From positions 256,001 to 320,000 of the forward strand of contig JAYFMW010000017.1 of the NCBI GenBank assembly GCA_042408215.1: a stretch of DNA of 64,000 nt, written 5' to 3'. The translations under genes were made by a program, and so were the position numbers. Positions 42,137 through 53,896 of the stretch are shown here, one piece after another (the first letter of the stretch is position 1; every line of letters begins with the position of its first letter). Source of the stretch: Microcoleus sp. (GTDB lineage: Bacteria; Cyanobacteriota; Cyanobacteriia; Cyanobacteriales; Microcoleaceae). Below the pieces are notes generated by a model. The model was given only the letters and a program-made list of their open reading frames with translations, ran no database searches and had not been told where the DNA came from.

Positions 42137-43584
42137 TTGACACTCCCCGGTCTGAAGACGCGGGGATTCTTAAGGATAAACTTTGGGGGATGAATCCGCC
42201 CAAAGTTTAATTCTTAAAGGGTTAGTCAGCAACCCGCTACCCACTCGCTCAACAATTGAGTCTATGGCAAATGATTGATTTTCGGATGATGTTGGCTGCG
42301 CCGTTAACATCTGCATTCAGAGTTAATCCCTGAGCCGAACGGTACAAACCTCGTTTAATTCTTTTACCTGATGGTTGCCAATTGTCAGGTTTTTCACCGA
42401 CTGTCACTGGCAGTAAATCTCGGTCTAAGAAGCTGGCTTTTGAGGTGTAAGATTCATCTTGTTCTACAAATCGCCAGCCCCTTAAGTCACATTCCTGTTG
42501 CCATCTATCTTTGACTTTAGCTGTGGGTATTTGGACAAAGTTTTGATTGGTCACGACCCCCATATTGACTTCCTGCTTCTGCCCCTTATTCCAGCCAAAA
42601 ACTATGACGTTAATTTGGTGGTCTTCGCAATGTTTGATTCTGGTTCTGACTGCTTTATTGATGGCATCCCGCATCCTTCTGGCGCGATTTTCTGACAACT
42701 GTTGCAGCCTTTTTGAAGAGAAACCTTTGGGTAACTTGCATTGAGCGTGAGTCGATTGGACGAGGGCTTTTTCCTTGTTCAACCACTGATTCCAAGATTT
42801 CAGTTTCTGACCATCAATGATGAATGGCTTACCATTGCTAGAAACACAAGTTAACCAGTTGTTGATGCCGTGGTCAATTCCCAAAACTCCCGTTACTTCC
42901 AGACTACAACTAGGAGCTTGTTCAGTTAGACTTTCGTGGACATACTCAACCCAGACCACGCCATTTCTAGGGATTAGTCTGAGTTCTTTAATCTGGCATT
43001 TTTTCAGCCGTTCTGGCAATGTCACCCAAAGAGCATCCGTCCCAAAGTGTTCTTTTCCTCTGGTTCCCAGAGGTAGCCTTACCCGATTGCCGACTATTTT
43101 TAAAGCTGGCCCAGGATATGAAACCTGGTACATTGCCCCCTTAGTTCGGTACTTGGGCCGTCTCGGTTTTTGGTTAACTTCTCCTTTCTTCGCTAACTTT
43201 TCTAAGGCTCGGAAAGAGCTAAAGGATTCAGCGACAGATTTGAGGGATTGTTGCGCCACTTGCGAGTAGAGTAACCCGTAATTCTCGTTGGCTTTGGCAA
43301 TTTTGTACAAGTCAGGGTATTTAATGGCACCTTTGTCCTTAAAGTACCGTTGCCGACTTTCGTAAGTCCCAACATTAAACAGGTTGTTTGACCATCTCAA
43401 CAGTTGCTCGACAATAGTTTTGTCAAGTCCCGTTAAATGCCAAACATCTTTTTGCACTGCATACATCTGTTTCACCTCCTTGATTAAGTTTACTATATTT
43501 TGGTAATATTTGACTGGCAGGATAAATCCTGCAACGCCCTTTCATCCCTGGACTAAAGTCGCAGGGTTTTCAGGGTATTCTTTT
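42137..43584 (-). mobile_element. IS200/IS605-family tnpB-only element
   Basis: Left end after TTAT with hairpin CCCTGCGACTTTAGTCCAGGG; right end GAATCCCCGCGTCTTCAGACCGGGGAGTGTCAA; no tnpA. Confidence 0.88.
42249..43466 (-). CDS. tnpB: RNA-guided endonuclease TnpB
   Basis: GIDHG (RuvC-I), DESYTSKASFLD, NADVNGA (RuvC-III); AAGGAGG RBS upstream of ATG at 43466. Confidence 0.93.
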   Translation of the reverse strand: MYAVQKDVWHLTGLDKTIVEQLLRWSNNLFNVGTYESRQRYFKDKGAIKYPDLYKIAKANENYGLLYSQVAQQSLKSVAESFSSFRALEKLAKKGEVNQKPRRPKYRTKGAMYQVSYPGPALKIVGNRVRLPLGTRGKEHFGTDALWVTLPERLKKCQIKELRLIPRNGVVWVEYVHESLTEQAPSCSLEVTGVLGIDHGINNWLTCVSSNGKPFIIDGQKLKSWNQWLNKEKALVQSTHAQCKLPKGFSSKRLQQLSENRARRMRDAINKAVRTRIKHCEDHQINVIVFGWNKGQKQEVNMGVVTNQNFVQIPTAKVKDRWQQECDLRGWRFVEQDESYTSKASFLDRDLLPVTVGEKPDNWQPSGKRIKRGLYRSAQGLTLNADVNGAANIIRKSIICHRLNC

Positions 43585-43754
43585 ATAAAAGGCCGATCGC
43601 CCTTAATTTGGGATGGGTGACGTCGGATTTTAGATCCCCGACAACTTCGGCTCAGTCGGGGAGCTGGGTATTCTGTTTTTTGAGGTGGGTTTACTTATAA
43701 TTGTAAATGCTGTGCTGTGCTGTCTTGAAAATGCGATCGGCTAATTTTTAAACT

Positions 43755-44141
43755 ATGAAAATCACCAAGATACATCATGTGGCCATAATTTGCTCAGATT
43801 ACGAAGCATCCAAGAAATTTTATGTACAAGTGTTAGGATGTTCGATTGTCAAAGAAACTTTCCGAACCCAGAGGAATTCTTACAAACTAGATTTGCAATT
43901 TGGAAACGGTGACAGGATCGAGCTTTTCTCATTTCCTCATCCTCCTGGAAGGGTGAACAATCCTGAAGCTTGCGGTTTAAGGCATTTAGCTTTTGCAGTT
44001 GAGGACCTCCAACAATCGGTGGCTTATTTAAAATCTCAAAATGTCGATGTGGAAGAAATTCGCATCGACGAGATTACAGGAAAGCAGTTTACATTTTTCC
44101 GAGATCCCGACAATTTACCATTAGAAATATATGAATTTTAG
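43755..44141 (+). CDS. VOC/glyoxalase family protein (YaeR-like)
   Basis: IHHVAIICSDYE.SK.FY, IELFSF, GLRHLAF, FFRDPDNLPLE. Confidence 0.92.
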   Translation: MKITKIHHVAIICSDYEASKKFYVQVLGCSIVKETFRTQRNSYKLDLQFGNGDRIELFSFPHPPGRVNNPEACGLRHLAFAVEDLQQSVAYLKSQNVDVEEIRIDEITGKQFTFFRDPDNLPLEIYEF

Positions 44142-44204
44142 ACCGATCAGTCAGTCTAGGGAACAGAGCGATCGACCCGATCGCCCTTTGGCCCTCAAAA
44201 ACAA

Positions 44205-44726
44205 TCAATGTCCGTCGGGGCCGATGGTGGTGCGATCGCACTCAGCGTCAGATAAGTCTCCCAAACGCGATCGAAATAAATTGCACCCAGCTAATTGAGC
44301 TTTGGTGAATTTGGCAAATGCCAAATTAGTTCTGCTTAAATCAGCATTCCTCAAGTCTGCATTGCTCAAATCTGCATTGTACAAATCCGCACCTTGCAAA
44401 TTAGCTTTCTGCAAATTAACACCTTGCAAATTCGCGTGGCGCAAATTAGCTCTTGACAAATTAGCACCGGACAAGTTGGCTTCAGACAAATTGGCTTGAT
44501 AAAGTTGAGTGTCACCCAATTCAGCATCTTGAAACTGAGTTTTAGAAAGATTAGCTTGAGTCAGATTTCCGTAGGGTAAATAAGTTTGCCTCAAGTCGCT
44601 GCCAGAAAGATTTATTTCTTGCAAATCAGCTTGGAACAAATTGTTTTCACTTAAATCTACGGCGTCAAAGTTTCGCTTCCCCTCAGAATACTGAGCCAGC
44701 AATTCCTTAGCGCTTAGCTTTTGCAT
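44205..44726 (-). CDS. Pentapeptide repeat protein
   Basis: A(N/D)Lxx repeats after ELLAQYSEGKRNF. Confidence 0.92.
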   Translation of the reverse strand: MQKLSAKELLAQYSEGKRNFDAVDLSENNLFQADLQEINLSGSDLRQTYLPYGNLTQANLSKTQFQDAELGDTQLYQANLSEANLSGANLSRANLRHANLQGVNLQKANLQGADLYNADLSNADLRNADLSRTNLAFAKFTKAQLAGCNLFRSRLGDLSDAECDRTTIGPDGH

Positions 44727-44949
44727 TTTTACCCCTTTATGACTACAGCTAGTGCTGCCCATCCATTAGAATAATTAATGGATTTTTTTTTTGCGTATTT
44801 ATACTTATTGATTCCCTTATGTTAAGCTTGTGTAACAACGATCGCATTTTTTCTAAGATTTTTTTTATATTTGTCCATTGATGCGCTGCTACTAAGTAGT
44901 TTGTAATGTCAAGATCAAATCAGCAACCAAAGAGGCTCCGACTCTGACT

Positions 44950-46488
44950 ATGCCAGAAACTCCAGTATCCATTGCTCAGCACTACCACCAACGGACAAAA
45001 TATGACCCTGAAACCATTGCGGCCAAAAGCAGACAGCTAGATTGGGAAGAGCAACCTGTTCCTTTCAAAGAATATAAAATTGGAGCATATTTTGACCTCA
45101 AGCCCTATCTCAAAGAGACATCAGAGGAGTCCCAGGCCGATTCTGATGGCAGTTGGTGGCACCGATTGTCCAACTTCCTGCTGTGCAGCTACGGCTTGAC
45201 AGCCAAAGTCTCCACGATGGATGGGAGCCCGCTGTATCTGCGATCGGCACCGTCGGCTGGGGGGCTTTACCCCGCAGAGGTTTATTTGGTGTCGCGCGGC
45301 ACTAAGTATCTGCCAGCCGGACTTTACAATTATCAGGCGAGAACTCATTCCCTAGTTCACTTTTGGGATAGCGAAGTTTGGCTGGCTCTGCAAGCGGCTT
45401 GTTTTTGGTCGCCAGCTTTGGAAGATGCCAAATTTGCACTTGCAATTACCAATGTCTTTTTCCGTTCTTCTTGGCGCTACGAAGACCGAGCTTATAGACG
45501 AATTTTCCTAGACACAGGTCATTTATTGAGCAACATCGAATTAGCCGCGGCGCTGAATGACTACCGACCTCACCTGATTGGAGGATTCGCAGATGAAGCC
45601 GTCAATCAATTGCTTTACATCGACTCAAAGCAAGAAGGAGCAATCTGTGTAGTTGCTTTAGCGGACTTGCTAGATATCAACCAAAAGTTGCCAAGATTCA
45701 GAACAGCTTTACCTGGAAAAAGCACCACAGATTACCAAAACATCCCCGAAGGTCAACTGCTAGAATACCTCCATCAAGCTACACAGTTGGAGTCAGATAC
45801 GACAGGTGCTGATGGCTGGAAAATGAAGGAAAATGAAGAGGGAATAGAAGATAAATATAACTTCCCATTTTGTACTAAAGTATCGACGGTAACTCCTTCT
45901 ATAAGTTGGGGATTTCACCTAGAGAATTTAGAGAATACAATTCTGAAACGCCGTTCTACTCGTTCCTATACAGGTGCTTCCTTGAGCTTGGCAGAACTGC
46001 TAGCCATGCTGGATTTTACTTATCAGCCACACCACTACACTGACCAAGGATTAGATGGTTATCCTGACTATTTCGATTTGAGTTTAATCGAGACTTTTGT
46101 GGCGGTGTCTGGTGTGAATGGTCTTGAAGAAGGCTGTTATTATTATGCTCCTAAAGCTCAAGAGTTGCGGCAAATTCGGTTTAAAAATTTCCGTAGGGAG
46201 TTGCACTATTTGTGCTTGGGGCAAGAATTAGGCAGAGATGCGGGGGTTTTGTTGTTTCATACGGCGGATTTGAAGAAGGCGGTGGGAAAATATGGCGATC
46301 GCGTTTACCGTTATTTGCACATGGATGCAGGTCATTTGGGCCAGCGGCTGAATTTGGCGGCGATTCAACTGCGTTTGGGTGTGAGTGGGATTGCGGGTTT
46401 TTTTGATGATAAGGTGAATGAGGTTCTGGGAATTCCGGCTGATGAAGCGGTGCTTTATATTACTACTTTGGGTAGGCCTCGATCTTGA
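44950..46488 (+). CDS. SagB/ThcOx-family nitroreductase (two domains)
   Basis: LRSAPSAGGLYP, RAYRRIFLDTGH, RRSTRSY, YRYLHMDAGH. Confidence 0.9.
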   Translation: MPETPVSIAQHYHQRTKYDPETIAAKSRQLDWEEQPVPFKEYKIGAYFDLKPYLKETSEESQADSDGSWWHRLSNFLLCSYGLTAKVSTMDGSPLYLRSAPSAGGLYPAEVYLVSRGTKYLPAGLYNYQARTHSLVHFWDSEVWLALQAACFWSPALEDAKFALAITNVFFRSSWRYEDRAYRRIFLDTGHLLSNIELAAALNDYRPHLIGGFADEAVNQLLYIDSKQEGAICVVALADLLDINQKLPRFRTALPGKSTTDYQNIPEGQLLEYLHQATQLESDTTGADGWKMKENEEGIEDKYNFPFCTKVSTVTPSISWGFHLENLENTILKRRSTRSYTGASLSLAELLAMLDFTYQPHHYTDQGLDGYPDYFDLSLIETFVAVSGVNGLEEGCYYYAPKAQELRQIRFKNFRRELHYLCLGQELGRDAGVLLFHTADLKKAVGKYGDRVYRYLHMDAGHLGQRLNLAAIQLRLGVSGIAGFFDDKVNEVLGIPADEAVLYITTLGRPRS

Positions 46489-46632
46489 TGTTTGTTTGTT
46501 ATATCAAATCCGGTAGCATCGGAATTATTCATCTCTCTCTTCTCTCCCTCTGCGCCCTCTGCGCCCTCTGCGGTTAAATCATTCCGATGCAACCGGAAAC
46601 GATATTATTCGTTAGTTTAAGACTTAGGGACT

Positions 46633-46868
46633 CCGCCAAAGAAACCGGGTTTTTATTAATTTTGTCAGTGGGAACGAAGTATTGTCGTAAAAAACCCGGT
46701 TTCTGAACCCCCGCCAAAGAAACCGGGTTTTTATTAATTTTGTCAGTGGGAACGAAGTATTGTCGTAAAAAACCCGGTTTCTGAACCCCCGCCAAAGAAA
46801 CCGGGTTTTTATTAATTTTGTCAGTGGGAACGAAGTATTGTCGTAAAAAACCCGGTTTCTGAACCCCC
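46633..46868. repeat. Three tandem 78-bp copies of an AGAAACCGGGTTTTT..AAAAACCCGGTTTCT hairpin element
   Basis: Units at 46633, 46711 and 46789; single relatives near 22915, 58194 and 61962. Confidence 0.92.
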
Positions 46869-46923
46869 ATGATGCCCTATGCCCAATGCCCAATGCCCAA
46901 TGCCCAATGCCCAATGCCCATGC

Positions 46924-48309
46924 TTATTTTCCAATACAAAATCTGCTAAATATTCTGTCCAAGACTGATTCTGTTACCTCTTCTCCTGTAACTTCTCCTA
47001 GTGCTTTAATTGCACCGCGTAAATCTATTGTCCAAAAATCTAAGGGCAATTTGTTGTTGATAGTAACTAGGCATTGTTCTATACAAATTTTTGCTTTGGT
47101 GATGGCTGCTGCTTGTCTTTGGTTAATGGCTAAGTCTGTGTTTGCTGCTTGTAAATTCTTCCCGCTGACGGCATCTAAGATTGCTGTTTCTAAGTCTTCT
47201 ATTCCTCGATATTGGGCGGCGGCTGTGGTGACTATTCGGTGAGTTTCAGAGGCAAAAGGTAATTTTGGGGTTGTTTTTACTAGGTCGATTTTGTTGATGA
47301 TTATGATTAGCTGGCGGTGTTTTACTTGTTCGTAAATTTCCGAATCGCCTTCTGTCCATCCACATACCGCGTCAATTGTCAATAATACCAGATCGGCTTG
47401 CTGTGCTGCTGCGCGCGATCGCTCGACTCCAATTTTTTCTACTTTGTCATCCGTTTCCCGAATGCCCGCAGTGTCGAGCACCTGCACCGGAATGCCGCCT
47501 ACAACTAACTGGGATTCTACCACATCCCTGGTTGTACCGGGCAAATCGGTGACGATCGCCCGATCGCACCTACTCCACGCATTCAACAAACTCGATTTTC
47601 CCACATTCGGGCGGCCGACTATCGCTACTTTCAAACCGGTTCTCAACAACTCTCCGCGATCGGCTGTTGCCAAAATAGTTGACAATTCCTCTAAAATATG
47701 CTTAATTTCAAATACTGTTTGAGCTTCATCTAAAGGCGGCAAATCTTCCTCAAAATCAATTCTCGCTTCAATTTCTGCTAACACATCCAAACAATTTGTT
47801 CTCAGTAAGCGAATGGGCTGCGCCAATTTTCCCTGCAACCCCGCCAAAGCACTTTGTGCAGCAGCGGGGGATTGTGCTCCCACCAAATCTGCGATGCTTT
47901 CAGCTTGAGTTAAATCGAGTCTCCCGTTCAAAAAAGCCCGCAGCGAAAACTCTCCCGGTTGTGCCAATCTCGCCCCGTTTTCCAAACACAATTGCAAGAC
48001 TTGCTGCACGGCGATAATCCCACCGTGACAGTGAAATTCCACCACATCTTCGCGAGTAAAAGAACGTGGCGCTTTCATGATTAGTAGTAAAGCTTCATCG
48101 ACTAATTCTTGAGTTTGGGGGCGGCGGATGTAGCCGTAAAGTATGCGGTGAGACTCCCTAATTTGCCGTCCTGGGGTGCGAAACAGAGTTTCGGCAATTT
48201 TTAAAGCTTCGGAACCGGAAACTCGCACAATGCCGACGCTGCCTTGTTGGGGAACTATGGCAGTGGCGATCGCGGCGATCGTTCCTCCTTTTGTTAGTGA
48301 TTCAGACAT
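46924..48309 (-). CDS. mnmE: tRNA modification GTPase MnmE
   Basis: [35 protein letters not shown]. Confidence 0.97.
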   Translation of the reverse strand: MSESLTKGGTIAAIATAIVPQQGSVGIVRVSGSEALKIAETLFRTPGRQIRESHRILYGYIRRPQTQELVDEALLLIMKAPRSFTREDVVEFHCHGGIIAVQQVLQLCLENGARLAQPGEFSLRAFLNGRLDLTQAESIADLVGAQSPAAAQSALAGLQGKLAQPIRLLRTNCLDVLAEIEARIDFEEDLPPLDEAQTVFEIKHILEELSTILATADRGELLRTGLKVAIVGRPNVGKSSLLNAWSRCDRAIVTDLPGTTRDVVESQLVVGGIPVQVLDTAGIRETDDKVEKIGVERSRAAAQQADLVLLTIDAVCGWTEGDSEIYEQVKHRQLIIIINKIDLVKTTPKLPFASETHRIVTTAAAQYRGIEDLETAILDAVSGKNLQAANTDLAINQRQAAAITKAKICIEQCLVTINNKLPLDFWTIDLRGAIKALGEVTGEEVTESVLDRIFSRFCIGK

Positions 48310-48334
48310 TTTTAATTGCTCTCTTGTTAAATAT

Positions 48335-48544
48335 TTATCTTGATTCTTCTCTGGTGTAAATATCTGGTTCGTCATGCAAAAACTCAAAACAGCCGCCCTT
48401 TTGAGCAAGTTGCACGAGTTCCTGAGTCGAAGGGTAGGGGATGTTTGCAAATAATTTTTCGGCGCTCGCTAATTGCTCGTCTGCTGAGAGAGATAAGATC
48501 ACTTGAATTAGGGAGTCAACCAGTTGTACGTTCATTTTATTCAC
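48335..48544 (-). CDS. Small hypothetical protein, antitoxin-like
   Basis: 69 aa; [13 protein letters not shown] tail. Confidence 0.5.
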   Translation of the reverse strand: MNKMNVQLVDSLIQVILSLSADEQLASAEKLFANIPYPSTQELVQLAQKGGCFEFLHDEPDIYTREESR

Positions 48545-48838
48545 CTGTTGCCCGGTTGTTTAATTATACAGGTTTGATTTACAGGAGCAACAAGTTTAGC
48601 AAAAAAAACTCATATTTCAAAATTAGGTCTATAATAATTAGACAGAACCCGATTTTCCCCCCGCGAGTTGAATTATACTATCAGTTGAGGCTTCCCATCT
48701 ACCGTCAACGGATAGGGGCAGCAGATTGGGGCGAATCTTCAAGCTAGCTTCGAGATAAAACTTAAAGGTACTTCGGCTTCAGAGTTGGTTATCCTGATTT
48801 TATGCGATAATTTAGGATTAACAGGGATGAGGTAGAGC

Positions 48839-51085
48839 ATGAGTAGTCAACTTCTCGACGGGCGTTATCGCATTATTAAAGTCACAGGCTCCAATCCAGT
48901 TGGAAAAACTTATCTGGCCGCAGATACTCATCGTCCGGGGTATCCGCAATGCACGGTTAGAGAAATGCGACTACCCGATACAATTTCGCAAACTCCCGAA
49001 TTAATCAAAGTTATTTTTCAAAGCAACGCAGAAATAATAGAAAAGTTGGGAAAATACGACAAAATTCCCGAATTATTGGCGTATTTTGAGGAAAATCAAA
49101 GTTTATACTTAATTGAAGAATTTATTGCCGGGTCAGCTTTAAGTCAAGAATTGATACCGGGTCAATGTTGGGCAGAAGACCAAGTAATTGCTCTGCTCGA
49201 AGAAGTATTAAAAATTTTGGTCTTTATACACAAAAACGGCTTCATCCACGGCAGAGTTCAACCGGCAAATCTGACTAGGCGAGAGTCTGACCGTAAGTTG
49301 GTGTTAATTGACTTTAGGTTAGACAAAGAGATTAACCGGGAAATTGTTGGTCACTTGTTCCCTCAAAATTCTTCAAACTTAGTCAAAGGGCTTGTTACAA
49401 AAAAAGAGCAAAAACTAAAACCTGAGCTTGTTGTCCAGACCGTATATACGCCGATCGAGCAATCTGAAGGCAACCCTCGTTACAATAGCGACATCTATGC
49501 TCTAGGTACGATCGCCCTGGTTGCTCTGACGGGGCTTTCGGCTCCTGAACTGGCTTGTTTGAAAAACCATAAAGGCGAATTCGATTGGCGCGATCGGGCA
49601 ATTTGTTCTGTAGCGCTAGCAGATATTATTGACAAAATGGTGCGCTCTAACTTCGAGGAACGCTATCAGAAGGCCACGGAAGTTTTAGCCGACCTCAAAC
49701 AAATGGCTTTCAAAACCGCCCACAAAACCAAGGTTGAGCTGTCACCAGCAACTATGATTACCCGTACTCGTGCTATGAGTCAACGGCCGCCACAGCCAAT
49801 CAGCCAAACCCTTCTGCTGACTCTTCGATCTAGTATCGCTCTGGGCGCCGGAGCTTTGATCTTGACAGTCGGAATAATTTACTTTTGGCAGAGTAACAAT
49901 CCGGCGAGGGCAAAAGAATTGTTCGCTCGCGGTCAGCAGAAGGCACTGCAAGGGGACAAAGCAGGTGCGATCGCCGATTATACAAGCGCGATCGCCCTGA
50001 ATGACAGCGATGCGGAAGCTTTCTATCATCGAGCTAACGCTCGCTACGACATCGGAGATCGCGAGCAAGCAGTACAGGACTACACGCAAGCCATTAAAGT
50101 CAATCCCAGCCACAGCAAAGCCATCTACAATCGAGGTCTGGCCCGCCGCGACATCGGGGACAAGCGCGGAGCCCTTGAAGATTTCACCATCGCCATTAGG
50201 CTGAATCCCAGCGACGCAGAGGCTTACTACCAGCGGGCTCTAGCCTACTACGATTTGGGAGACTACCGCACTGCAATAGAAGACTACACTCAAGCAATTC
50301 GACAGGCTCCCAATGATGCTACAGCTTACAGCAACCGGGGTTTAGCTCGATCGGCGATCGGCGACAAGAGTGGGGCGATGGCAGATTTTACCCAAGCGAT
50401 TCAAATTAGCCCCAATGATGCTGGGGTTTATTACAGTCGGGGTCGATCGAGATTTAATCTGGCAGATTATCAAGGAGCGATGGCAGATTATAGTAAGGCG
50501 ATCGAATTGGCACCCGATCGAGCTGATGCTTATACCAACCGATGCGGTGCTTACTTGAATTTGGCAAGTTACGACAAAGCGATTGAAGATTGCACTCAAG
50601 CAATTACCATCGATCCAAAAGACGAAGCTGCTTACAATAACCGCTGCATTGCTTACCTGAATTTAAAACAATTTCAGAAAGCTGGTGAAGATTGCAGTTT
50701 GACTATCGGACTCAACGGCAACAATCCTAAAGCATACAGTAATCGAGGGTTGGCTCGCGCGGCTTCGGGAGACAAGGGCGGGGCGATCGAAGATTTTACT
50801 CAGGCAATTCGCCTCAATCCCAGTGATGCAGTTGCTTACAGCAATCGCGGTACTATTTACTCTGAACTCAAAAACTACGCTTTAGCCGTTGAGGATTTTG
50901 CCCAGTCACTGCGGCTCAATCCCAACAATGCTACAGCTTTCTACAGCCGTGGCCTCGTCCGCCGCCAACTCAAAGATCGTACCGGGGCGATCGAGGATTT
51001 TCAGAAAGCTGCAACCCTGTTTCTAGAACAAGGGAGGGCTGATGGTTTCCAAAACGCGCAATTACAGATTAACGAAATTAAGTAA
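48839..51085 (+). CDS. Ser/Thr pseudokinase-TM-TPR protein
   Basis: Kinase fold with TGSNPVG, TVRE, HGRVQPAN, DFR in place of Gly loop, VxK, HRD and DFG; TM; many TPRs. Confidence 0.85.
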   Translation: MSSQLLDGRYRIIKVTGSNPVGKTYLAADTHRPGYPQCTVREMRLPDTISQTPELIKVIFQSNAEIIEKLGKYDKIPELLAYFEENQSLYLIEEFIAGSALSQELIPGQCWAEDQVIALLEEVLKILVFIHKNGFIHGRVQPANLTRRESDRKLVLIDFRLDKEINREIVGHLFPQNSSNLVKGLVTKKEQKLKPELVVQTVYTPIEQSEGNPRYNSDIYALGTIALVALTGLSAPELACLKNHKGEFDWRDRAICSVALADIIDKMVRSNFEERYQKATEVLADLKQMAFKTAHKTKVELSPATMITRTRAMSQRPPQPISQTLLLTLRSSIALGAGALILTVGIIYFWQSNNPARAKELFARGQQKALQGDKAGAIADYTSAIALNDSDAEAFYHRANARYDIGDREQAVQDYTQAIKVNPSHSKAIYNRGLARRDIGDKRGALEDFTIAIRLNPSDAEAYYQRALAYYDLGDYRTAIEDYTQAIRQAPNDATAYSNRGLARSAIGDKSGAMADFTQAIQISPNDAGVYYSRGRSRFNLADYQGAMADYSKAIELAPDRADAYTNRCGAYLNLASYDKAIEDCTQAITIDPKDEAAYNNRCIAYLNLKQFQKAGEDCSLTIGLNGNNPKAYSNRGLARAASGDKGGAIEDFTQAIRLNPSDAVAYSNRGTIYSELKNYALAVEDFAQSLRLNPNNATAFYSRGLVRRQLKDRTGAIEDFQKAATLFLEQGRADGFQNAQLQINEIK

Positions 51086-51439
51086 ACTATTAGTCATTAG
51101 TCATTAGTCATTAGTCATTAGTCATTAGTCATTAGTCATTAGTCATTAGTCATTAGTCATTAGTCAGTGGTTATTTGTGATTTGTTAGTTGTTATTTGTT
51201 ATTTTTTAGTGGTTAGTTGTTATTTTTGGGTTATTATTTGTTAGTTGTTAGTTTTGGGTTGTGAGTTTTGGCGATCGTAACTAATGCCCAATGCCCAATT
51301 CCCAATGCCCAATTCCCAATTCCCAATTCCCAATTCCCAATTCCCAATTCCCAATTCCCAATTCCCAATTCCCCATTCCCAATTCCCAATTCCCAATTCC
51401 CCATTCCCCATTCTCTATTTCCCATTCTCCATTCCCAAT

Positions 51440-53635
51440 ATGAATATGGTTGGTCAACTTTTAGACGGACGTTACCGCGTAGTACAAATCCTCAGTTCAG
51501 GGGCTTTCGGACAAACTTATTTAGCCGTCGATACTCGCCGTCCGGGACACCCTCAATGCGTGGTAAAACAACTCCGCCCTCCGAGCAATACTTCCACAGT
51601 TCTCAAAACGGCATACCGCTTATTTAAACAAGAGGCAGAAATTTTAGAAAAGCTGGGAAAACACGATCAAATTCCGTTTTTATTGGCTTATTTTGAAGAA
51701 AGAAATCAATTCTACCTCGTCGAAGAGTTTGTACCTGGTCATGCCTTAAATAGGGAAATTATAGCGGGTCAAGCTTGGCGAGAAGAACGAGCGATATCGC
51801 TCTTGGAAGAAGTCTTAGAACTGCTCAGGTTTGTACACTCTCAGGGAGTGATTCACCGCGATGTTAATCCGTCCAATTTAATCCGCCGGAAACCCGACGG
51901 TAAATTGGTTTTAATTGACTTCGGATCGGTCAAAGAAGTTGCGAATAACATCAGCGATTATGATACTGAATTTCCGAGAACAATTGCTACTGGAACTCCG
52001 GCTTATATGCCGATCGAACAATTTCAAGGCAACCCGCAATTTAGCAGCGATCTATATGCAGTCGGGATGATGGCTATCCAAGCTCTGACGGGTTTACCCG
52101 GTACGGATTTGCCAAAATTGCAAGATCCGAACCCTTCTCACACCGGAGAAATTGTCTGGCGAAACCGAGTTCAATGTTCGACAAATTTGGCGAATATAAT
52201 TGACAAAATGGTCTGTCACCAGTTTGGTAAGCGCTATAGGTCGGCTGAGGAAGTTTTGGTAGCTCTGAGCAAAATCAAGAACCGCCCAGATGCAGTGGCT
52301 ACGGCTCCAAAGGCTAGCATTTATCCTGCTACTTTACAGTCTAATTCTGGTTTTTGGGATCGTTTTGGTTCTAGTTTCGGGCTGATCTTGGCTGGGTTGG
52401 GGGCTGCGATCGCTTTAGTATTTTTGTTGAATTATTTAAATCGCCCGAATCCAATTAAAGCTAGGCAATATTACGAAGAAGGGGTGGAAAAATCTCGCCA
52501 TAAAGATGCTGCTGGGGCTGTGCAGGCTTTTAACAGTTCAATTCAGTTAAATCCTCACAATCCTGAGACTTTTTATCAGCGGGGAAATGCTAACTATGAT
52601 TTAAAAAAGTATCAGGAGGCGATTGCAGATTATTCTCAGGCGATCGCTCTCAATCCGAATTATTTTAAAGCTTATTTTAACCGGGGATTAGCCCGTCACG
52701 ACTTCAACGACAAACGAGGGGCATTAGAGGATTACACTCAGGTTTTGAATCTCCAACCCAATGATGTTGACACATATTATGAACGAGGAGTTGCTTATTT
52801 AGAACTGCAAGATTACAAGACTGCTATTCAAGATTTTAACGAGGTAGTTCGATTGCAGCCGACTCTTCCTAAAGCTTATCATTCCCGGGGGTTGGCTCGG
52901 GCTGGGGGTGGCGATTTGCCCGGGGCGATCGGCGATTATACTGAGGCAATTCGGCTCGATTCTCAGAATGTTGATGCTTTCTATAGTCGGGGGAGAGCTC
53001 GCTTTCATTTGGGAGATTATAAGGGAGCTTTAGCAGATTATTCTCAGGTAATTGCGATCGATCCTAAAAGTGCAGATGCTTACGCTAATCGGTGCAGCAC
53101 CCAGTTGAATTTGGGAGCGCATCAAGCGGCAATAGACGATTGCACTCAGGCAATTTCGCTGAGTAGTGAGGATGCGGTTCCTTACAACAATCGCTGCATT
53201 GCTTATTTAAACTTAAAGGATTATCCAAAAGCAATTGATGATTGCACTCAAGCGGTGACATTAAATCCAAATGATTATCATGCTTTTAGCAATCGGGGTT
53301 TAGCTCGCAACGAAGCGGGAGACGCACAGGGGGCGATCGCCGATTTGACCTCAGCAATTGGGCTCAATCCCAACGATGCTGAAGCTTACGCCAATCGAGC
53401 TAAGATTTACCAACAGTTAAATAATTACAATAGTGCGATCGCCGATTACGTCCAAGCTATTCGGATCAATCCGAATTATGCTGCGGCTTACTACGGTAGA
53501 GGCATAGTTCGCCGCTCTTTGGGAGACAAAGCCGGAGCCCTTAGCGATTTTGATAAAGCAGGCAAAATCTTTCTCGATCAAGGGCTTACCAACGGTTACA
53601 AAGATGTTCAATTTGAGATTGACAAGCTCAAATAG
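51440..53635 (+). CDS. Ser/Thr protein kinase-TM-TPR protein
   Basis: [29 protein letters not shown]; upstream ORF extension is STRR repeat. Confidence 0.92.
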   Translation: MNMVGQLLDGRYRVVQILSSGAFGQTYLAVDTRRPGHPQCVVKQLRPPSNTSTVLKTAYRLFKQEAEILEKLGKHDQIPFLLAYFEERNQFYLVEEFVPGHALNREIIAGQAWREERAISLLEEVLELLRFVHSQGVIHRDVNPSNLIRRKPDGKLVLIDFGSVKEVANNISDYDTEFPRTIATGTPAYMPIEQFQGNPQFSSDLYAVGMMAIQALTGLPGTDLPKLQDPNPSHTGEIVWRNRVQCSTNLANIIDKMVCHQFGKRYRSAEEVLVALSKIKNRPDAVATAPKASIYPATLQSNSGFWDRFGSSFGLILAGLGAAIALVFLLNYLNRPNPIKARQYYEEGVEKSRHKDAAGAVQAFNSSIQLNPHNPETFYQRGNANYDLKKYQEAIADYSQAIALNPNYFKAYFNRGLARHDFNDKRGALEDYTQVLNLQPNDVDTYYERGVAYLELQDYKTAIQDFNEVVRLQPTLPKAYHSRGLARAGGGDLPGAIGDYTEAIRLDSQNVDAFYSRGRARFHLGDYKGALADYSQVIAIDPKSADAYANRCSTQLNLGAHQAAIDDCTQAISLSSEDAVPYNNRCIAYLNLKDYPKAIDDCTQAVTLNPNDYHAFSNRGLARNEAGDAQGAIADLTSAIGLNPNDAEAYANRAKIYQQLNNYNSAIADYVQAIRINPNYAAAYYGRGIVRRSLGDKAGALSDFDKAGKIFLDQGLTNGYKDVQFEIDKLK

Positions 53636-53896
53636 TCAGTAGTCATCAGTCATTAGTCAGTAGTCATTAGTCAGTAGTCAGTAGTCATTAGTCATTAGTC
53701 AGTAGTCATTAGTCATTAGTCAGTAGTCATTAGTCATTAGTCAGTAGTCATCAGTCATTAGTCAGTAGTCATTAGTCATTAGTCAGTAGTCAGTAGTCAG
53801 TAGTCAGTAGTCAGTAGTCAGTAGTCAGTAGTCAGTAGTTATTGGTTGCTTCCAATGCCCTATGCCCGATGCCCCATGCCCGATGCCCCATGCCCT

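Noticed and set aside
44950..46488. RiPP (azole) biosynthetic cluster
   Set aside because: No YcaO/cyclodehydratase or precursor peptide nearby; stand-alone SagB-like gene
46633..46868. Possible CRISPR array
   Set aside because: Units are identical, with no unique spacers; no cas genes in the window
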